A stretch of 64,000 bases of DNA from an uncultured Actinomycetes bacterium (GCA_963815405.1 CAWFGR010000008.1:384316-448315); one strand, 5' to 3'; shown: positions 39,789 to 50,943, numbered from the stretch's first letter. Translations and numbers: made by a program. Notes: a model not told the origin generated them from the sequence alone.

Positions 39789-42784
39789 GTGGAGGCTGAT
39801 CCGCTCCGAGCTCAGATTCAGGCCGACATCGAGGCCGACATCGAGGCCGCGATCCGGGGCATCGGCCACGAGCTCGCGCCGCGTCCATCGTCGGCGAGGA
39901 CGCACGTCCTACACCTCGCCAACTGGACCGAGCGGATGCTCGCCTGGGCGATGGGCCACCCCGACTTCAAGACCCAGCTGTTCCGCTTCGTCGACGTGTT
40001 CCCTTCATGCCGTAGCGACGCCGACGTGCTCCGGCATCTCGAGGAGTACTTCGACGGCGTGCACGTTCCCCGCGCCCTCGACCTCGGTGTCGATCTCGCG
40101 GCCCACGTGCCGCTCGGCGCGCACGTCACCGCCGCCGTCGCGCGTCGCAACGTCATTCGCATGGCACGCCAGTTCATCGCCGGCGCGACACCGGATTCCG
40201 CTGTCCGTCGCATCGGCAGCTTGTGGCGCGCCGGTGAGGCAACGACGGTCGACCTCCTCGGGGAGAAGACCCTCACCACCCCGGAGGCGGACGTCTACGC
40301 CGTGCCGGGTGCGCGAGCTGCTCGACGCGCTCGTGGCCGCGAGCTCCTCGTGGCCCGCGAACGATGGTCTCGAACACGACCCGTGGGGCCCACTCGCTCG
40401 GGTGAGCATCTCGGTGAAGGCCAGCGCGCTCTCGCCGCGCTTCGGGCCTCTCACCGCCGAAGCGGGGATTGCCGACGCGGCCCGCCGACTGCGCCCCATC
40501 CTGATCGCCGCGCAACGCGCCGGAGCGTCGATCACCCTCGACGCCGAGCACGACGAGGTGAAAGACCTCACGCAGGAGCTGCTGCGCACCATCGGGGCCG
40601 AGTTCGCGGACGGGCCGCAACTCGGTTGCGTCGTGCAGGCCTACCGCCTCGACGCGGCGGACGACCTGCGCCGGCTCATCGAGTGGTCCGCGTCGACCCT
40701 TCGACAACCGCTGCAGATCCGCTTGGTGAAGGGTGCCTACTGGGATTCGGAGACGATCACGGCGGCCGCGGCAGGGTGGCCGTCACCAGTCTTCGCGGAG
40801 AAAGCCGCGACTGACGCGAACTACGAAGCCTGCACGAGGTTGCTCCTCGAGCACGCTGGCACCGTGCGTCCCGCGTTCGCCACGCACAACCTGCGCAGCG
40901 CGGCTCACGCGATCGTGTACGCGCGCGCCTCGGGACTCGACGACTCCGCGGTCGAGTTGCAGCTGCTCTACGGCATGGCGGCTCCGTTGCGCGCGGCACT
41001 CGTGGACGCGGGCATGCGGGTGCGCGTGTACACGCCGGTGGGCGAGCTCGTGCCCGGGATGGCGTACCTCGTCCGCCGGCTCCTCGAGAACACCTCGAAC
41101 GAGAGCTTCCTCCGCCACCAGTACGCCGAAGGTCAGCCCGTCGACGAGCTGCTCGCGCCACCACGGCTCCGCTCGCTCCACGGCTCACCCGCCGGCGCGG
41201 TTCCTTCGGAGACGACGAGGTCGGCATCGTTCGCGAACGAACCGCACGCGGAGCTGCGCCGGCCAGGGCCGAGGGCCCGGCTCCTCGACGCGGTCGCCCA
41301 CATCGAGTTCGGCTTCGTTGCGCCGGTGCTCGTCGACGGACACCCGCGCCAGACGTCCGACGAGATCGTCTCGGTTGACCCCGGCGACGTTGCGACCGTC
41401 GTGTGCCGGAGCGGTTCGGCGCAGGTCGCCGACGTCGGTGCTGCCTTCGACGCCGCGGAGCGCGCGTGGCCGAGCTGGCGCGCGACCGCGTGGTCGGAAC
41501 GGGCCGCGATCCTGCGCTGCGCTGCTGCGATCATGCGTGCCCGTCGTGGCGAGCTCACCGCGCTCGAGGTGTTCGAGGCAGGCAAGCCGATCCCCGAGGC
41601 GGACGCCGACGTGTGTGAGGCGATCGACTTCTGCGAGTACTACGCGCGCGAGGCCGAGCGCCTCGGGTCGGGAGTGCCGCTCCTCCAGGTTCCCGGCGAG
41701 TCGAACCGGTACGGGTACCAACCCCGCGGCATCGGCGTGGTGATCAGCCCGTGGAACTTCCCCCTCGCGATCCCGACCGGCATGGTGACCGCCGCGCTCG
41801 TCGCCGGGAACGCAGTCCTCTTCAAGCCCGCGGAGCAGACCCCCGGCATCGCGGCTCGTCTCGTCGGGATCCTGCTCGAAGCAGGGATCCCGACGGGCGT
41901 GCTCGCCTTCCTTCCTGGGATCGGGGAGGTGATCGGTCCGCCGCTCGTCGACGATCCCCGCACGGCGTTCGTGGCGTTCACCGGCTCGAAGGCGGTCGGC
42001 TTGCACCTCGTCGAGACCGCCGCGGTGCACCGCCCGGGGCAGCGTCACGTGAAGCGGGTGATCGCGGAGATGGGTGGCAAGAACGCGGTCGTGGTCGACG
42101 CCGACGCCGATCTCGACGTCGCGGTGCCCGAGATCGTGCGGAGTGCGTTCGGCTACGCGGGCCAGAAGTGTTCCGCGGCGTCACGCGTGATCGCGCTCGC
42201 GCCCGTATTCGACGCGTTGGTCAGGCGCCTCGCGGGGGCGGCGGCGGTCCTACCTGTTGGCCACGCGCGCGACCTGGACACCGTCGTGGGCCCGCTCATC
42301 GATGATGACGCCGTCCGGCGCGTGCACGAGTATCGCTGCCTCGCGGCACAGGACGGGCGGCTGGTCTTCGCGCGCGACGACGTTCCCGGTGGTGGGCGCT
42401 TCGTGGGCCCGGCGATCGCGGTGGTCGACGACCCCCACTCGCGTCTCGCCACCGACGAGATCTTCGGCCCGCTGCTCACATGTGTGCGCGCGGAGGATTT
42501 CGACCACACGCTCGAGCTCGCCAACGACACCGACTACGCGCTGACTGCGGGGATCTTCTCGCGTTCACCGGTGCGGATCGCGGCCGCCGCGGAACGTCTA
42601 CGCGCTGGGCAACGTCTCTGTCAACCGCGGCATCACCGGTGCGCTGGTCGGCAGGCAGCCGTTCGGCGGTTACGGCCTCTCGGGGGTCGGATCGAAGGCC
42701 GGCGGTCCGGACTATCTGGCGCAGTTCGTCGAGCCACGCGCCGTGTCGGAGAACACCGTGCGCCAGGGGTTCGCGCCTGAGTAG
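39789..42784 (+). CDS. putA: Bifunctional proline dehydrogenase / L-glutamate gamma-semialdehyde (P5C) dehydrogenase (two apparent frameshifts)
   Basis: Track ORF 39789.. (N-terminal) joins the frame of track ORF 39562.. at ~40305. Proline dehydrogenase motifs: [19 protein letters not shown]. Aldehyde dehydrogenase motifs: EMGGKN, GQKCSA. The final 60 aa ([25 protein letters not shown]) follow a GGG run at 42607. Confidence 0.9.
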
Positions 42785-42790
42785 TCGCCG

Positions 42791-43021
42791 TCACTCGGCG
42801 TCGAGCGAAGCCGGGCGCAGATGGTTCTGCGGCGACGCGGGCTGTGCGTCCGCGTCGGGCGTCTCGTCGGTGACGTCGTTGATGCGCGGCTGGGGTGGGA
42901 ACGGAAACGGCTGCGGCTCCCACGTCACGGTGGGGCTGCCGCGCGGCGTCGACCTCCACAGCGCGTAGACGGCTCCGGCGACGAGACCGAACCCCACGAA
43001 CCGCTTCCAGCGCCTGCTCAC
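42791..43021 (-). CDS. Small single-TM membrane protein with Pro-rich tail
   Basis: This is the last 77 aa of track ORF 42791..44578, from GTG 43021 (RRWKRFVGFGLVAGAVYALW). The rest of that ORF is antisense to leuA. Confidence 0.5.
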   Translation of the reverse strand: MSRRWKRFVGFGLVAGAVYALWRSTPRGSPTVTWEPQPFPFPPQPRINDVTDETPDADAQPASPQNHLRPASLDAE

Positions 43022-43076
43022 CGCGCGATTCTCGCACTCGGAAGGGCCCGAGCGGCCGGACTCGGTCGAAAATGCG

Positions 43077-43217
43077 TTGACTCGGGCGAGGTGGGCTGGA
43101 AGAATGGCTGTCTCATGACTGTGAGTGCACTGACCCAGAGCCTCCTCCTTCTGTAGCTGCGAGCACCCCCTGGTGCTCGCGGACGCCTCCTCGTGCCTTC
43201 GGGCCGGGGAGGTTTTT
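43077..43217 (+). promoter_or_regulatory. leuA promoter plus leader-peptide transcription attenuator
   Basis: The elements are TTGACT (43077-82), a 17-nt spacer, TG-G-AAGAAT (43100-05), then the leader ORF 9 nt later. These are followed by a 9-bp hairpin at 43159-43180 and a terminator CCTCC..GCC-TTCG-GGC..GGAGG plus TTTTT at 43186-43217. Confidence 0.6.
43115..43156 (+). CDS. Leu-rich leader peptide MTVSALTQSLLLL
   Basis: 13 codons ending in four consecutive Leu codons (CTC CTC CTT CTG) and TAG, immediately upstream of a terminator and of leuA. Confidence 0.5.
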   Translation: MTVSALTQSLLLL

Positions 43218-43252
43218 CGTTGCCCGGAACTCCGACGAGAGCGAGCGTTGTG

Positions 43253-44797
43253 ATGGCTGACCACGTGAAGATCTTCGACACCACGCTGCGAGACGGCGAA
43301 CAATCTCCCGGGATCTCGCTCGACGCGGGGGAGAAGCTCGAGATCGCCGAGCAGCTCGCACGGCTCGGCGTCGACGTGATCGAGGCCGGCTTCCCGATCG
43401 CGAGCCAGGGCGACTTCGAGGCGGTCGCGGCGATCGCACGCACCGTGCGCGGCTCGACCATCGCCGCGCTCTCCCGCACGGCCTTCAAGGACATCGACCG
43501 TGCCTGGGAGGCAGTGAGCGCCGCCGAGCGTGCCCGCATCCACGTCTTCATCGCGACCTCGCCGATCCACATGCAAAAGAAGCTGCGGATGACGCCGGAC
43601 CAGGTGAAGGCGGAGGCGGCGCAGGGCGTCGCCCGGGCGCGCGGGTACTGCGAAGACGTGGAGTTCTCGCCTGAGGACGGCAGCCGCTCCGACGTCGACT
43701 TTCTCGTCGAGGTGTGCCAGATCGCGGTCGACAACGGCGCGAGCACGCTCAACATCCCCGACACGGTGGGCTATGGCGTACCCGAGCAATTTGCCGCGCT
43801 GATCCGCTACGTGCTCGACCACGTGAAGGGCCACTATGTCGTGTCGACCCATTGCCACAACGACCTCGGTCTCGCAGTCGCGAACTCCCTGGCCGGGGTG
43901 ATGGCTGGCGCACGGCAGGTCGAGTGCGCGGTCAACGGGCTGGGCGAGCGCGCCGGCAATGCGGCCCTCGAAGAGGTCGTGATGGCGTTGCGCACGCGCA
44001 ACGACTACTTCGGTGAGCTCGGGACGTCGGTGCGAACGGAAGAGCTCGCGCGCACGTCGCGACTCGTCGCACGGCTCACCGGCTACCCGGTCCAGTACAA
44101 CAAGGCGATCATTGGGCGCAACGCGTTCGCGCACGAGTCGGGGATCCACCAGCACGGGGTGCTCGAGGATCGCGAGACGTATGAGATCATCGACGCAGCT
44201 GCGGTAGGGCAGGAAGCCGCCCAGATCGTGTTGGGCAAGCACTCCGGGCGCCACGCGTTCGCGGACTCGCTCGCCAAGATGGGGTTGCACATCCAGGGTC
44301 AGGCGCTGAACCAGGCGTTCACCCGCTTCAAGGAGCTTGCCGACCGCAAGGTCGAGATCACCGAAGCCGACATCGAGGCGATCGTCGCCGAGGAGCTCGG
44401 GGTCGGTGCAGTGCACCGCTTCACGATCGCGAGCTTGGAGCTCCGCGGCGGCACGCTCGCGACGCCGAGTGCCTCGGTCGTGCTGACCGACGGCGACCGC
44501 AAGGTCGAAGGGCATGGCGAAGGCAACGGCATGATCGACGCCGCTATCGCAGCGATCAGCGCGGCCAGTGGGATCCACGGCACCGTGCTCGACTTCAAGG
44601 TGTCGTCGGTCACGAGCGGAGGCGACGCGCTCGGCGACGTCGTGATCCAGCTCAGCTGCGACGGCGTCAAGGCGTCGGGCCGCGGCGTGGCGACCGACGT
44701 CGTCGAGGCTTCGGCACGTGCGTACCTGGGTGCGGTCAACAAGATCGTGCGCCTGAAGGAGCGGCCGGAGCCACGCCAGGTGGAAGTCGGACCATGA
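43253..44797 (+). CDS. leuA: 2-isopropylmalate synthase
   Basis: ATG 43253 (an in-frame GTG lies at 43250). Motifs: [30 protein letters not shown], and a C-terminal LeuA dimerisation/regulatory domain. Confidence 0.95.
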   Translation: MADHVKIFDTTLRDGEQSPGISLDAGEKLEIAEQLARLGVDVIEAGFPIASQGDFEAVAAIARTVRGSTIAALSRTAFKDIDRAWEAVSAAERARIHVFIATSPIHMQKKLRMTPDQVKAEAAQGVARARGYCEDVEFSPEDGSRSDVDFLVEVCQIAVDNGASTLNIPDTVGYGVPEQFAALIRYVLDHVKGHYVVSTHCHNDLGLAVANSLAGVMAGARQVECAVNGLGERAGNAALEEVVMALRTRNDYFGELGTSVRTEELARTSRLVARLTGYPVQYNKAIIGRNAFAHESGIHQHGVLEDRETYEIIDAAAVGQEAAQIVLGKHSGRHAFADSLAKMGLHIQGQALNQAFTRFKELADRKVEITEADIEAIVAEELGVGAVHRFTIASLELRGGTLATPSASVVLTDGDRKVEGHGEGNGMIDAAIAAISAASGIHGTVLDFKVSSVTSGGDALGDVVIQLSCDGVKASGRGVATDVVEASARAYLGAVNKIVRLKERPEPRQVEVGP

Positions 44798-45429
44798 CCG
44801 GCGTCAACCTGTGGTCGGGCGCGCAGCACGCGCGCACGTACCTCGACCGGCGCGACGCGATCCCGCATCGGGTCGAGGCGTACCCCGTGCTCCTCGAGCT
44901 GCTCCCGGAGCACCCGCAGCGCGTGCTCGACCTCGGGACGGGCGACGGCCTCCTGCTCGACGTGGTACGCGACGCCCATCCCGAGGTGGACTGCGTTGGC
45001 GTCGACTTCTCGACGACCATGCTCGACGAAGCGGCACGCCGCTTCGCGGGCGGGGTCGGAGTGACGTTCGTGCAGCACGACCTCGATCAGCCGCTCCCGG
45101 GCCTCGGCGGCTTCGACGCGGTGGTCTCGGGCTTCGCGATCCACCACCTCGTCGACGAGCGCAAGCGCGCGCTCTTCGGTGAGGTGTTCCAGCTGCTCGA
45201 GCCCGGCGGGGTGTTCTGCAACCTCGAACACGTCGCGTCGCCCACGGCGCGCCTCCACGACGCGTTCCTCGACGCGCTGGGCCGGCTCCCCGAGGACGAC
45301 GACCCGTCGAACAAGCTTGCTCCGGTCGACGAGCAGCTGGGATGGCTCAGGGACGCCGGGTTCGACGACGTCGACTGCTTCTGGAAGTGGCGGGAGCTCG
45401 CGCTGCTCGCCGGCGTGCGCCCACGCTGA
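44794..45429 (+). CDS. Class I SAM-dependent methyltransferase
   Basis: The ATG overlaps the leuA stop (ATGA). It has a VLDLGTGDG motif I and a Methyltransf_11/25-like core. Confidence 0.8.
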   Translation: MTGVNLWSGAQHARTYLDRRDAIPHRVEAYPVLLELLPEHPQRVLDLGTGDGLLLDVVRDAHPEVDCVGVDFSTTMLDEAARRFAGGVGVTFVQHDLDQPLPGLGGFDAVVSGFAIHHLVDERKRALFGEVFQLLEPGGVFCNLEHVASPTARLHDAFLDALGRLPEDDDPSNKLAPVDEQLGWLRDAGFDDVDCFWKWRELALLAGVRPR

Positions 45430-45445
45430 GGCCCCCGGTGCGCCG

Positions 45446-46042
45446 CTACGCGGGGATGCGCGGAAACCAGTCGGGCCGTGATGCCTCGAAGGTGTCGATC
45501 TCGGCTGCGTGACGCAACGTGATGCCGATGTCGTCGAGACCTTCGAGCAATCGCTCGTGGTGGAAGTCCTCGAGCTCGAACGGCTCGTCGAGGTCGATGG
45601 CCGGGACTGCGACGCGCCGGTCGACCACGTCGATGACGACCTCGAGCGTGGGGTCGTCCTCGACGGCCCGCATGATGCGCGTGACCACCTCCACCGGGAG
45701 GGTCACCGGGAGCAGGCCGATCTTCAGGCAGTTGTTGCGGAAGATGTCGGCGAAGCGGGGCGAGATGATCGCCCGGAAGCCATAGTCCTCCAAAGCCCAC
45801 GGCGCATGCTCGCGTGAGGATCCGGTGCCGAAGTTCGGTCCGGCCACGAGGATCTGCGCGCCGTCGTACTGCTCCTGGTTGAGGACGAAGTCGGAGCTCT
45901 CACGCCACTCCGAGAAGAGGCCCTGGCCGAAGCCGGTGCGCTCGACGCGCTTGAGCCAGTCGCTCGGGATGATCTGGTCGGTGTCGACGTCGGCCCGGTC
46001 GAGTGGCACGGCGCGGGCGACGATCTCGCGTACGGGTTCCAT
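45446..46042 (-). CDS. leuD: 3-isopropylmalate dehydratase small subunit
   Basis: ATG at 46042 within track ORF 45446..46408. Motifs: DVDTDQIIP, GPNFGTGSSREHA. Confidence 0.95.
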   Translation of the reverse strand: MEPVREIVARAVPLDRADVDTDQIIPSDWLKRVERTGFGQGLFSEWRESSDFVLNQEQYDGAQILVAGPNFGTGSSREHAPWALEDYGFRAIISPRFADIFRNNCLKIGLLPVTLPVEVVTRIMRAVEDDPTLEVVIDVVDRRVAVPAIDLDEPFELEDFHHERLLEGLDDIGITLRHAAEIDTFEASRPDWFPRIPA

Positions 46043-47469
46043 CAGCGCTCCAAGTCCTGAGGCGTCGCGAAGCGGCCGACGACCGCCGTCGCCGCAGCGA
46101 CCGCGGGTGCGACTAGGTGAGTGCGACCGCCCTTGCCCTGGCGACCCTCGAAGTTGCGGTTCGACGTGGACGCGCACCGCTCGCCCGGAGCGAGCTTGTC
46201 GGGATTCATCGCGAGGCACATGGAGCATCCGGCCTCGCGCCACTCGAAGCCGGCGGCGCGGAACACGGCGTCGAGCCCCTCGCGTTCGGCGGCGGCCTTC
46301 ACGCGCATGGAGCCGGGCACGACGAGGGCGCGCAGTCCCGAGCGGACGTGACGGCCGTGCAGGACGTCGGCCGCGGCGCGGAGATCCTCGATCCGCGAGT
46401 TCGTGCATGAGCCGATGAACACGGTGTCGACCTCGATGTCGCGCATCGCGGTGCCGGCCTCGAGCCCCATGTAGGCGAGCGCGCGCCGGGCCGAGTCGCG
46501 CGCAGCGAGATCGGTGAACGAGTCGGGATCAGGGACCGCATCGTCGATCGTCACCGACTGCGCCGGGTTCGTGCCCCAGGTCACCGACGGGCGGAGCGTG
46601 CTGGCGTCGATCACCACCTCCCTGTCGAACGCGGCACCGTCGTCGGTGGCGAGCGTGCGCCAGTCGACGAGGGCGCGTTCCCACGCCGCGCCCGTTGGCG
46701 CGAGGGGTCGCCCTTCGAGATATGCGAACGTGACGTCGTCGGGTGCGATCATCCCGGCGCGCGCCCCGGCCTCGATCGACATGTTGCAGATGGTCATGCG
46801 GCCCTCCATCGAGAGGGCGCGAATCACCGACCCGCGGTACTCGAGCACCGAGCCGATTCCGCCACCCGTTCCGATGCGGTTGATGATCGCGAGCACGACG
46901 TCCTTGGCCGTCACACCCGCGGGAAGATCGCCCTCGACGGTGATCGCCATCGTGCCGGGCCTCGCCTGGGGCAGCGTCTGGCTTGCCAGCACGTGCTCGA
47001 CCTCGCTGGTACCGATGCCGAACGCGAGCGCGCCGAACGCGCCGTGCGTGGACGTGTGGCTGTCGCCGCAGACGATCGTCATGCCCGGCTGCGTGAGGCC
47101 GAGCTCTGGACCGATCACGTGGACGATGCCCTGCCCGGGGTCGCCCATCGCGTAGAGACGGATGCCGAACTCGGCGCAGTTGCGCGCCAGTACCTCCATC
47201 TGCTTGGCGGAGATCGGATCGGCGACGGGCTGGTCGATGTCGGTCGTCGGGACGTTGTGGTCCATGGTCGCGACCGTGAGGTCCGGACGGCGCACGCTGC
47301 GACCAGCGAGCCGCAGACCGTCGAACGCCTGCGGTGAGGTGACCTCATGCACCAGGTGGAGGTCCACGTAGAGGAGATCGGGCTCGCCCTCGGCCCGGCG
47401 CACCACATGGCGCTCCCAGACCTTCTCCGACAAGGTGCGCGGCTCGGACGGGGTTCGCGGCTCGGGCAT
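46042..47469 (-). CDS. leuC: 3-isopropylmalate dehydratase large subunit
   Basis: ATG at 47469 within track ORF 46042..48027. Aconitase-family motifs: [32 protein letters not shown]. The stop overlaps the leuD start. Confidence 0.95.
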   Translation of the reverse strand: MPEPRTPSEPRTLSEKVWERHVVRRAEGEPDLLYVDLHLVHEVTSPQAFDGLRLAGRSVRRPDLTVATMDHNVPTTDIDQPVADPISAKQMEVLARNCAEFGIRLYAMGDPGQGIVHVIGPELGLTQPGMTIVCGDSHTSTHGAFGALAFGIGTSEVEHVLASQTLPQARPGTMAITVEGDLPAGVTAKDVVLAIINRIGTGGGIGSVLEYRGSVIRALSMEGRMTICNMSIEAGARAGMIAPDDVTFAYLEGRPLAPTGAAWERALVDWRTLATDDGAAFDREVVIDASTLRPSVTWGTNPAQSVTIDDAVPDPDSFTDLAARDSARRALAYMGLEAGTAMRDIEVDTVFIGSCTNSRIEDLRAAADVLHGRHVRSGLRALVVPGSMRVKAAAEREGLDAVFRAAGFEWREAGCSMCLAMNPDKLAPGERCASTSNRNFEGRQGKGGRTHLVAPAVAAATAVVGRFATPQDLER

Positions 47470-47661
47470 GGTCCGATTCTGCCAGGTGACCCGGGTCGTG
47501 CCCGGGCGGAATGGCCCCTTGTGGTGCGATCGTGCGGCAAGCGACGCTTCACTCCGGTGTAACGAAGCCGAAACATGACCTCCGTACCGTGCGTCCATGG
47601 TGTCGGAGCAGTCGTCGGCGTCCCGACGGATGCCGTGTGGATGGTCGTGGGCAGGTTCGAC

Positions 47662-48182
47662 ATGGCGATGAGCGACGAGATGGATGTCGTGTTGTTGCGG
47701 TGGCCCGAGGAACAGGTTCGTCTCGAGCGGCTGCGAGCCTCGGGGGCCCCACGCCTCCTGCTCGTGGGCGACGAGCTCGCGGCGCCCGAGCCGATCGACA
47801 GCTTGGAGGACTGGATCCGCCTTCCGGCCGCTGAGGGCGACCTCCGCGTCCGCGTCGCGACCCTGGCGGCGCGGGCCGTACCGCGCGGTCCGCTGCGCCC
47901 TCCGTCGACGAGGACGGCCTGCTGCGCTACGGCGGCCGCTGGGTGACGCTGTCGCCGGTCGAGCGCGCGCTCGGTGCTGCGCTGGTGGAACGCTTCGGTG
48001 CGGTGGTCGGCCGTGACACGCTGGCACGGCGCGCGTGGCCCGGTGGTACGCCCACCCGCAACGCGCTCGACGTCCACATGCTGCGGCTCCGGCGCCGGAT
48101 CGCGCCCCTGCACCTCGAGGTACGGACCGTCCGGGCTCGCGGCTACCTGCTCCAGGGCCGCGAACTGCACGGCTCGAGCTGA
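47662..48182 (+). CDS. OmpR/PhoB-type winged-helix DNA-binding protein with short atypical receiver-like N-domain (apparent frameshift between 47835 and 47895)
   Basis: Track ORFs 47575..47946 and 47943..48182 join. The C-terminal segment [34 protein letters not shown]...[12 protein letters not shown]...[11 protein letters not shown] is a trans_reg_C domain. The start is uncertain. Confidence 0.7.
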
Positions 48183-48185
48183 CCG

Positions 48186-50931
48186 GTGGATGTCGGAACC
48201 GTCCTCCTGGACATCCTCGTCATCCTGGTGGCAGCGAAGCTCGCGGCCGAGGTGGCCGAGCGCGTCGGTGTCCCTGCCGTCGTGGGCGAGATCATCGCCG
48301 GCGCGGTCATCGGGCCGTCCGTGCTGGACCTCGTGCACGCGAACCAGACCGTCATCGCGCTCGGCGAGATCGGCGTGATCCTGCTGCTCTTGCAAGTCGG
48401 GATGGAGATGAACCTCTCCGAGCTCGGCGCCGTGGGGCGCGCGTCGGTCTCGGTGGCGATCGTCGGCGTAACGGTACCGATGGTGCTCGGGTACGGAGCG
48501 TCGAGCGCACTGGGTGACAACTCCAACACGGCGTTGTTCCTGGGAGCAGCACTCGCAGCCACGAGCGTCGGGATCACGGCGCGCGTGTTCTCGGACCTCC
48601 GGTCGCTTGCGACCGTCGAGGCTCGCACGGTGCTCGGCGCCGCAGTCGCGGACGACGTCATGGGTCTGGTGATCCTGACGGTCGTCGTCCGCATCGTCAG
48701 CGGCGGATCCGTCTCGGTCTCGCAGGTCGCGGGGATCATCGGCATCGCGATCGGCTTCCTCGTGGTCGCGGCGCTCCTCGGGACAAAGCTCGCGCCGGGA
48801 CTCTTCCAGCTCCTCGACCGTCGGGCGCGCTCGGCCGGCACGCTGGTGGCGCTCGCGTTCGCGTTCACGCTGGGGTTCTCGGAGCTCGCCGACGCAGCCA
48901 AGCTCGCACCGATCGTGGGTGCGTTCGTGGCCGGGCTCTCGTTGTCGCAGAGCAAGGTCTCCGACCGAATCCATCGTGAGCTCTCGCCCGTCGGCCACCT
49001 CTTCATCCCGGTGTTCTTCCTCCTCATCGGCATCCAGGCGGACGTCGGGGAGTTCGTGCATCTGGGCGTGCTGAAGACCGCGGCGGTGCTGTTCGTGGTC
49101 GCGATCGTCGGCAAGTTCGTCGCGGCCTGGGGCATGGGGCGGGCACCCGGTGACCGGCTCCTCGTCGGCTTCGGCATGATCCCCCGCGGCGAGGTGGGCC
49201 TCATCTTCGCGACGATCGGACTGCGCGAAGGCGTCCTCGACCGCGAGCTCTACGCGGCGCTGTTGCTGGTGGTCCTCGCCACCACGCTCATGACGCCGCC
49301 CTTGTTGCGCCTGCGAATCCAGCAGCTGCGGGCTCGACATTCGGGAGGGATGGGCGAGGTCGGCGAGCCACGCCCGGGGGGCGGCTGGCTCGAGCGGGTC
49401 GACGGAGTGGTGGACCTCGCCGCGCGGCCGCCGGGGCACGCGAGCTTGGACGTGGCGATGGACGCGGCGCTCGCCATCGCCGCGGGGCACGACCGGGCGC
49501 GGAGCTGCTCGACTGGCTCGGACGTTGGGACGGCGCGTCGCCGCGATGGAACGCTGCGGCGACCGACCATCTGTTCGCTGTTCTCACGGCTGGCGACGCC
49601 CGCGCGTGGCGCTTCCTCGAGACGACGGGCGTGCTGGAACGCGCCCTCCCCGAGCTCGCCGCCGCGCTTCGTCGCCGGCGCTCCGACCCGCACCTGCTCG
49701 ACCCCGCGCAGGTGCTCCAGTTCGGACTCGTCGAGGACATCCGTGGGTTGATTCGCGATGACCCGAACACGGCAACGGTGCACGCCGAGCTCGAGCACCC
49801 TGAATGGCTCCTGCTCGCGGCGTTGATCTTCGAGACGGTCGACGAGGCGGAGGCGCCCGTGGAGCTCGCGCGGCGGCTCGCGCATCGGCTGGATCTCGGC
49901 GCGCAGGCCGAGGAGGAGCTCGCGCTCCTCGTCGGCGACTCCGACCTGCTCAGGGCCGCGGCGCGGCGGGTGGACGGCCTCGAGGAAGAGGTGGTCTTCC
50001 CGGTGGTGAGCCATCTCGGCCGACCCGAGCGGGCTCGAGCGCTGTATCTGCTGACCTTGGCCCTCAACGATCTCACGCTTTGGGAACGCGAGCGTCTGGA
50101 TCGGCTCTTCGAGGTGGTCCTCGGGTTGCTCGAGCAGCCGGAGGTCGCCGGTCGCGCAACCCGGAACCTCGTCGAGCGTCGCCGGGCCGAGGCGAAGCGT
50201 CTCGTGGGCGCCGACGAGCGCGTCGGCGAGCGCATCGAGCACGCGCCGCGGGCCTACCTCTTGGCGCAGGACCCCCGCGACATCGTTCGGCAGGCCGCGC
50301 TGCTGGTGCCACTCCCCGCCCGGAACCAGGTGCGGGTGGCTGTGGAGCCCTCGGGCCCTTCCGAATGGCGGGTCGAAGTCGGCTCACCGCGACCGCCCGG
50401 GTCTTCTCGCGACGATCTCCGGTGTGTTGGCGCAGCACGGACTCGACATCGTCGACGCCGTGGTCGCCACGTGGGGCGACGGCGGTGCTCTTGACTCATT
50501 CCGTGTCCAACGCGCGGAGCTGACGCCCGCGCAACTCGACGCCGAGCAGCTCGCGAAGATCCCCGCTCCCGATCCAAGCGCGCTCGGAAGCCGCGATCAG
50601 GGGGTTGTTCGACGCACCCCTGGAGTCGCCGCCGAACCCCGACGCCGAGGTGCGATTCGACGATCATTCCTCGCCCTGGTACACGGTGTGCGAGGTCCGC
50701 AGCCCGGACCGGCGCGGGCTGCTCCACACGATCACGGTGGCCATCGCCAGCGCGGGAGCGAGCATCCACTCCGCGCGCCTGGTGACGAGTGGTGGGACCG
50801 CCGTGGACCGCTTCGAGCTCACCGATCGCAACGAGCGCAAGCTGGACGACTCGGCAAAGGAGGCGATTCGCAGTGCGGTGGCGAGCGGAGTGCTTGCTCG
50901 GCGGAGACTGTCCCCGCGCCGGCGTCGCTGA
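48186..50931 (+). CDS. Cation:proton antiporter (CPA2 membrane domain) fused to a GlnD-like regulatory region with two ACT domains (three apparent frameshifts)
   Basis: The N-terminal ~385 aa form a Na+/H+ exchanger fold ([14 protein letters not shown], 12-13 TM helices). The same frame continues into a GlnD-like segment ([16 protein letters not shown].., LERALPEL). ACT domains: [24 protein letters not shown] and [25 protein letters not shown]. Frame changes occur at ~49501, ~50381 and ~50585. Confidence 0.75.
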
Positions 50932-50943
50932 GGTGAGCCCGGC

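Noticed and set aside
37488-39905. 805-aa minus-strand ORF
   Set aside because: It is antisense to the MFS and serA genes. Its composition is low-information and Arg/Asp/Glu-rich, while the plus strand carries unambiguous SerA motifs.
47470-47661. Attenuator or leader upstream of leuCD (CCCGGG-CACGA-CCCGGG hairpin at about 47490-47510, read on the minus strand)
   Set aside because: There is no Leu-rich small ORF and no U tract after the hairpin. The only upstream ATG opens a long, compositionally implausible frame.
47115-49490. 791-aa minus-strand ORF
   Set aside because: It is antisense to the antiporter and partly out of frame over leuC. It is extremely Arg/Asp/His-rich, so it is a GC-driven artefact.
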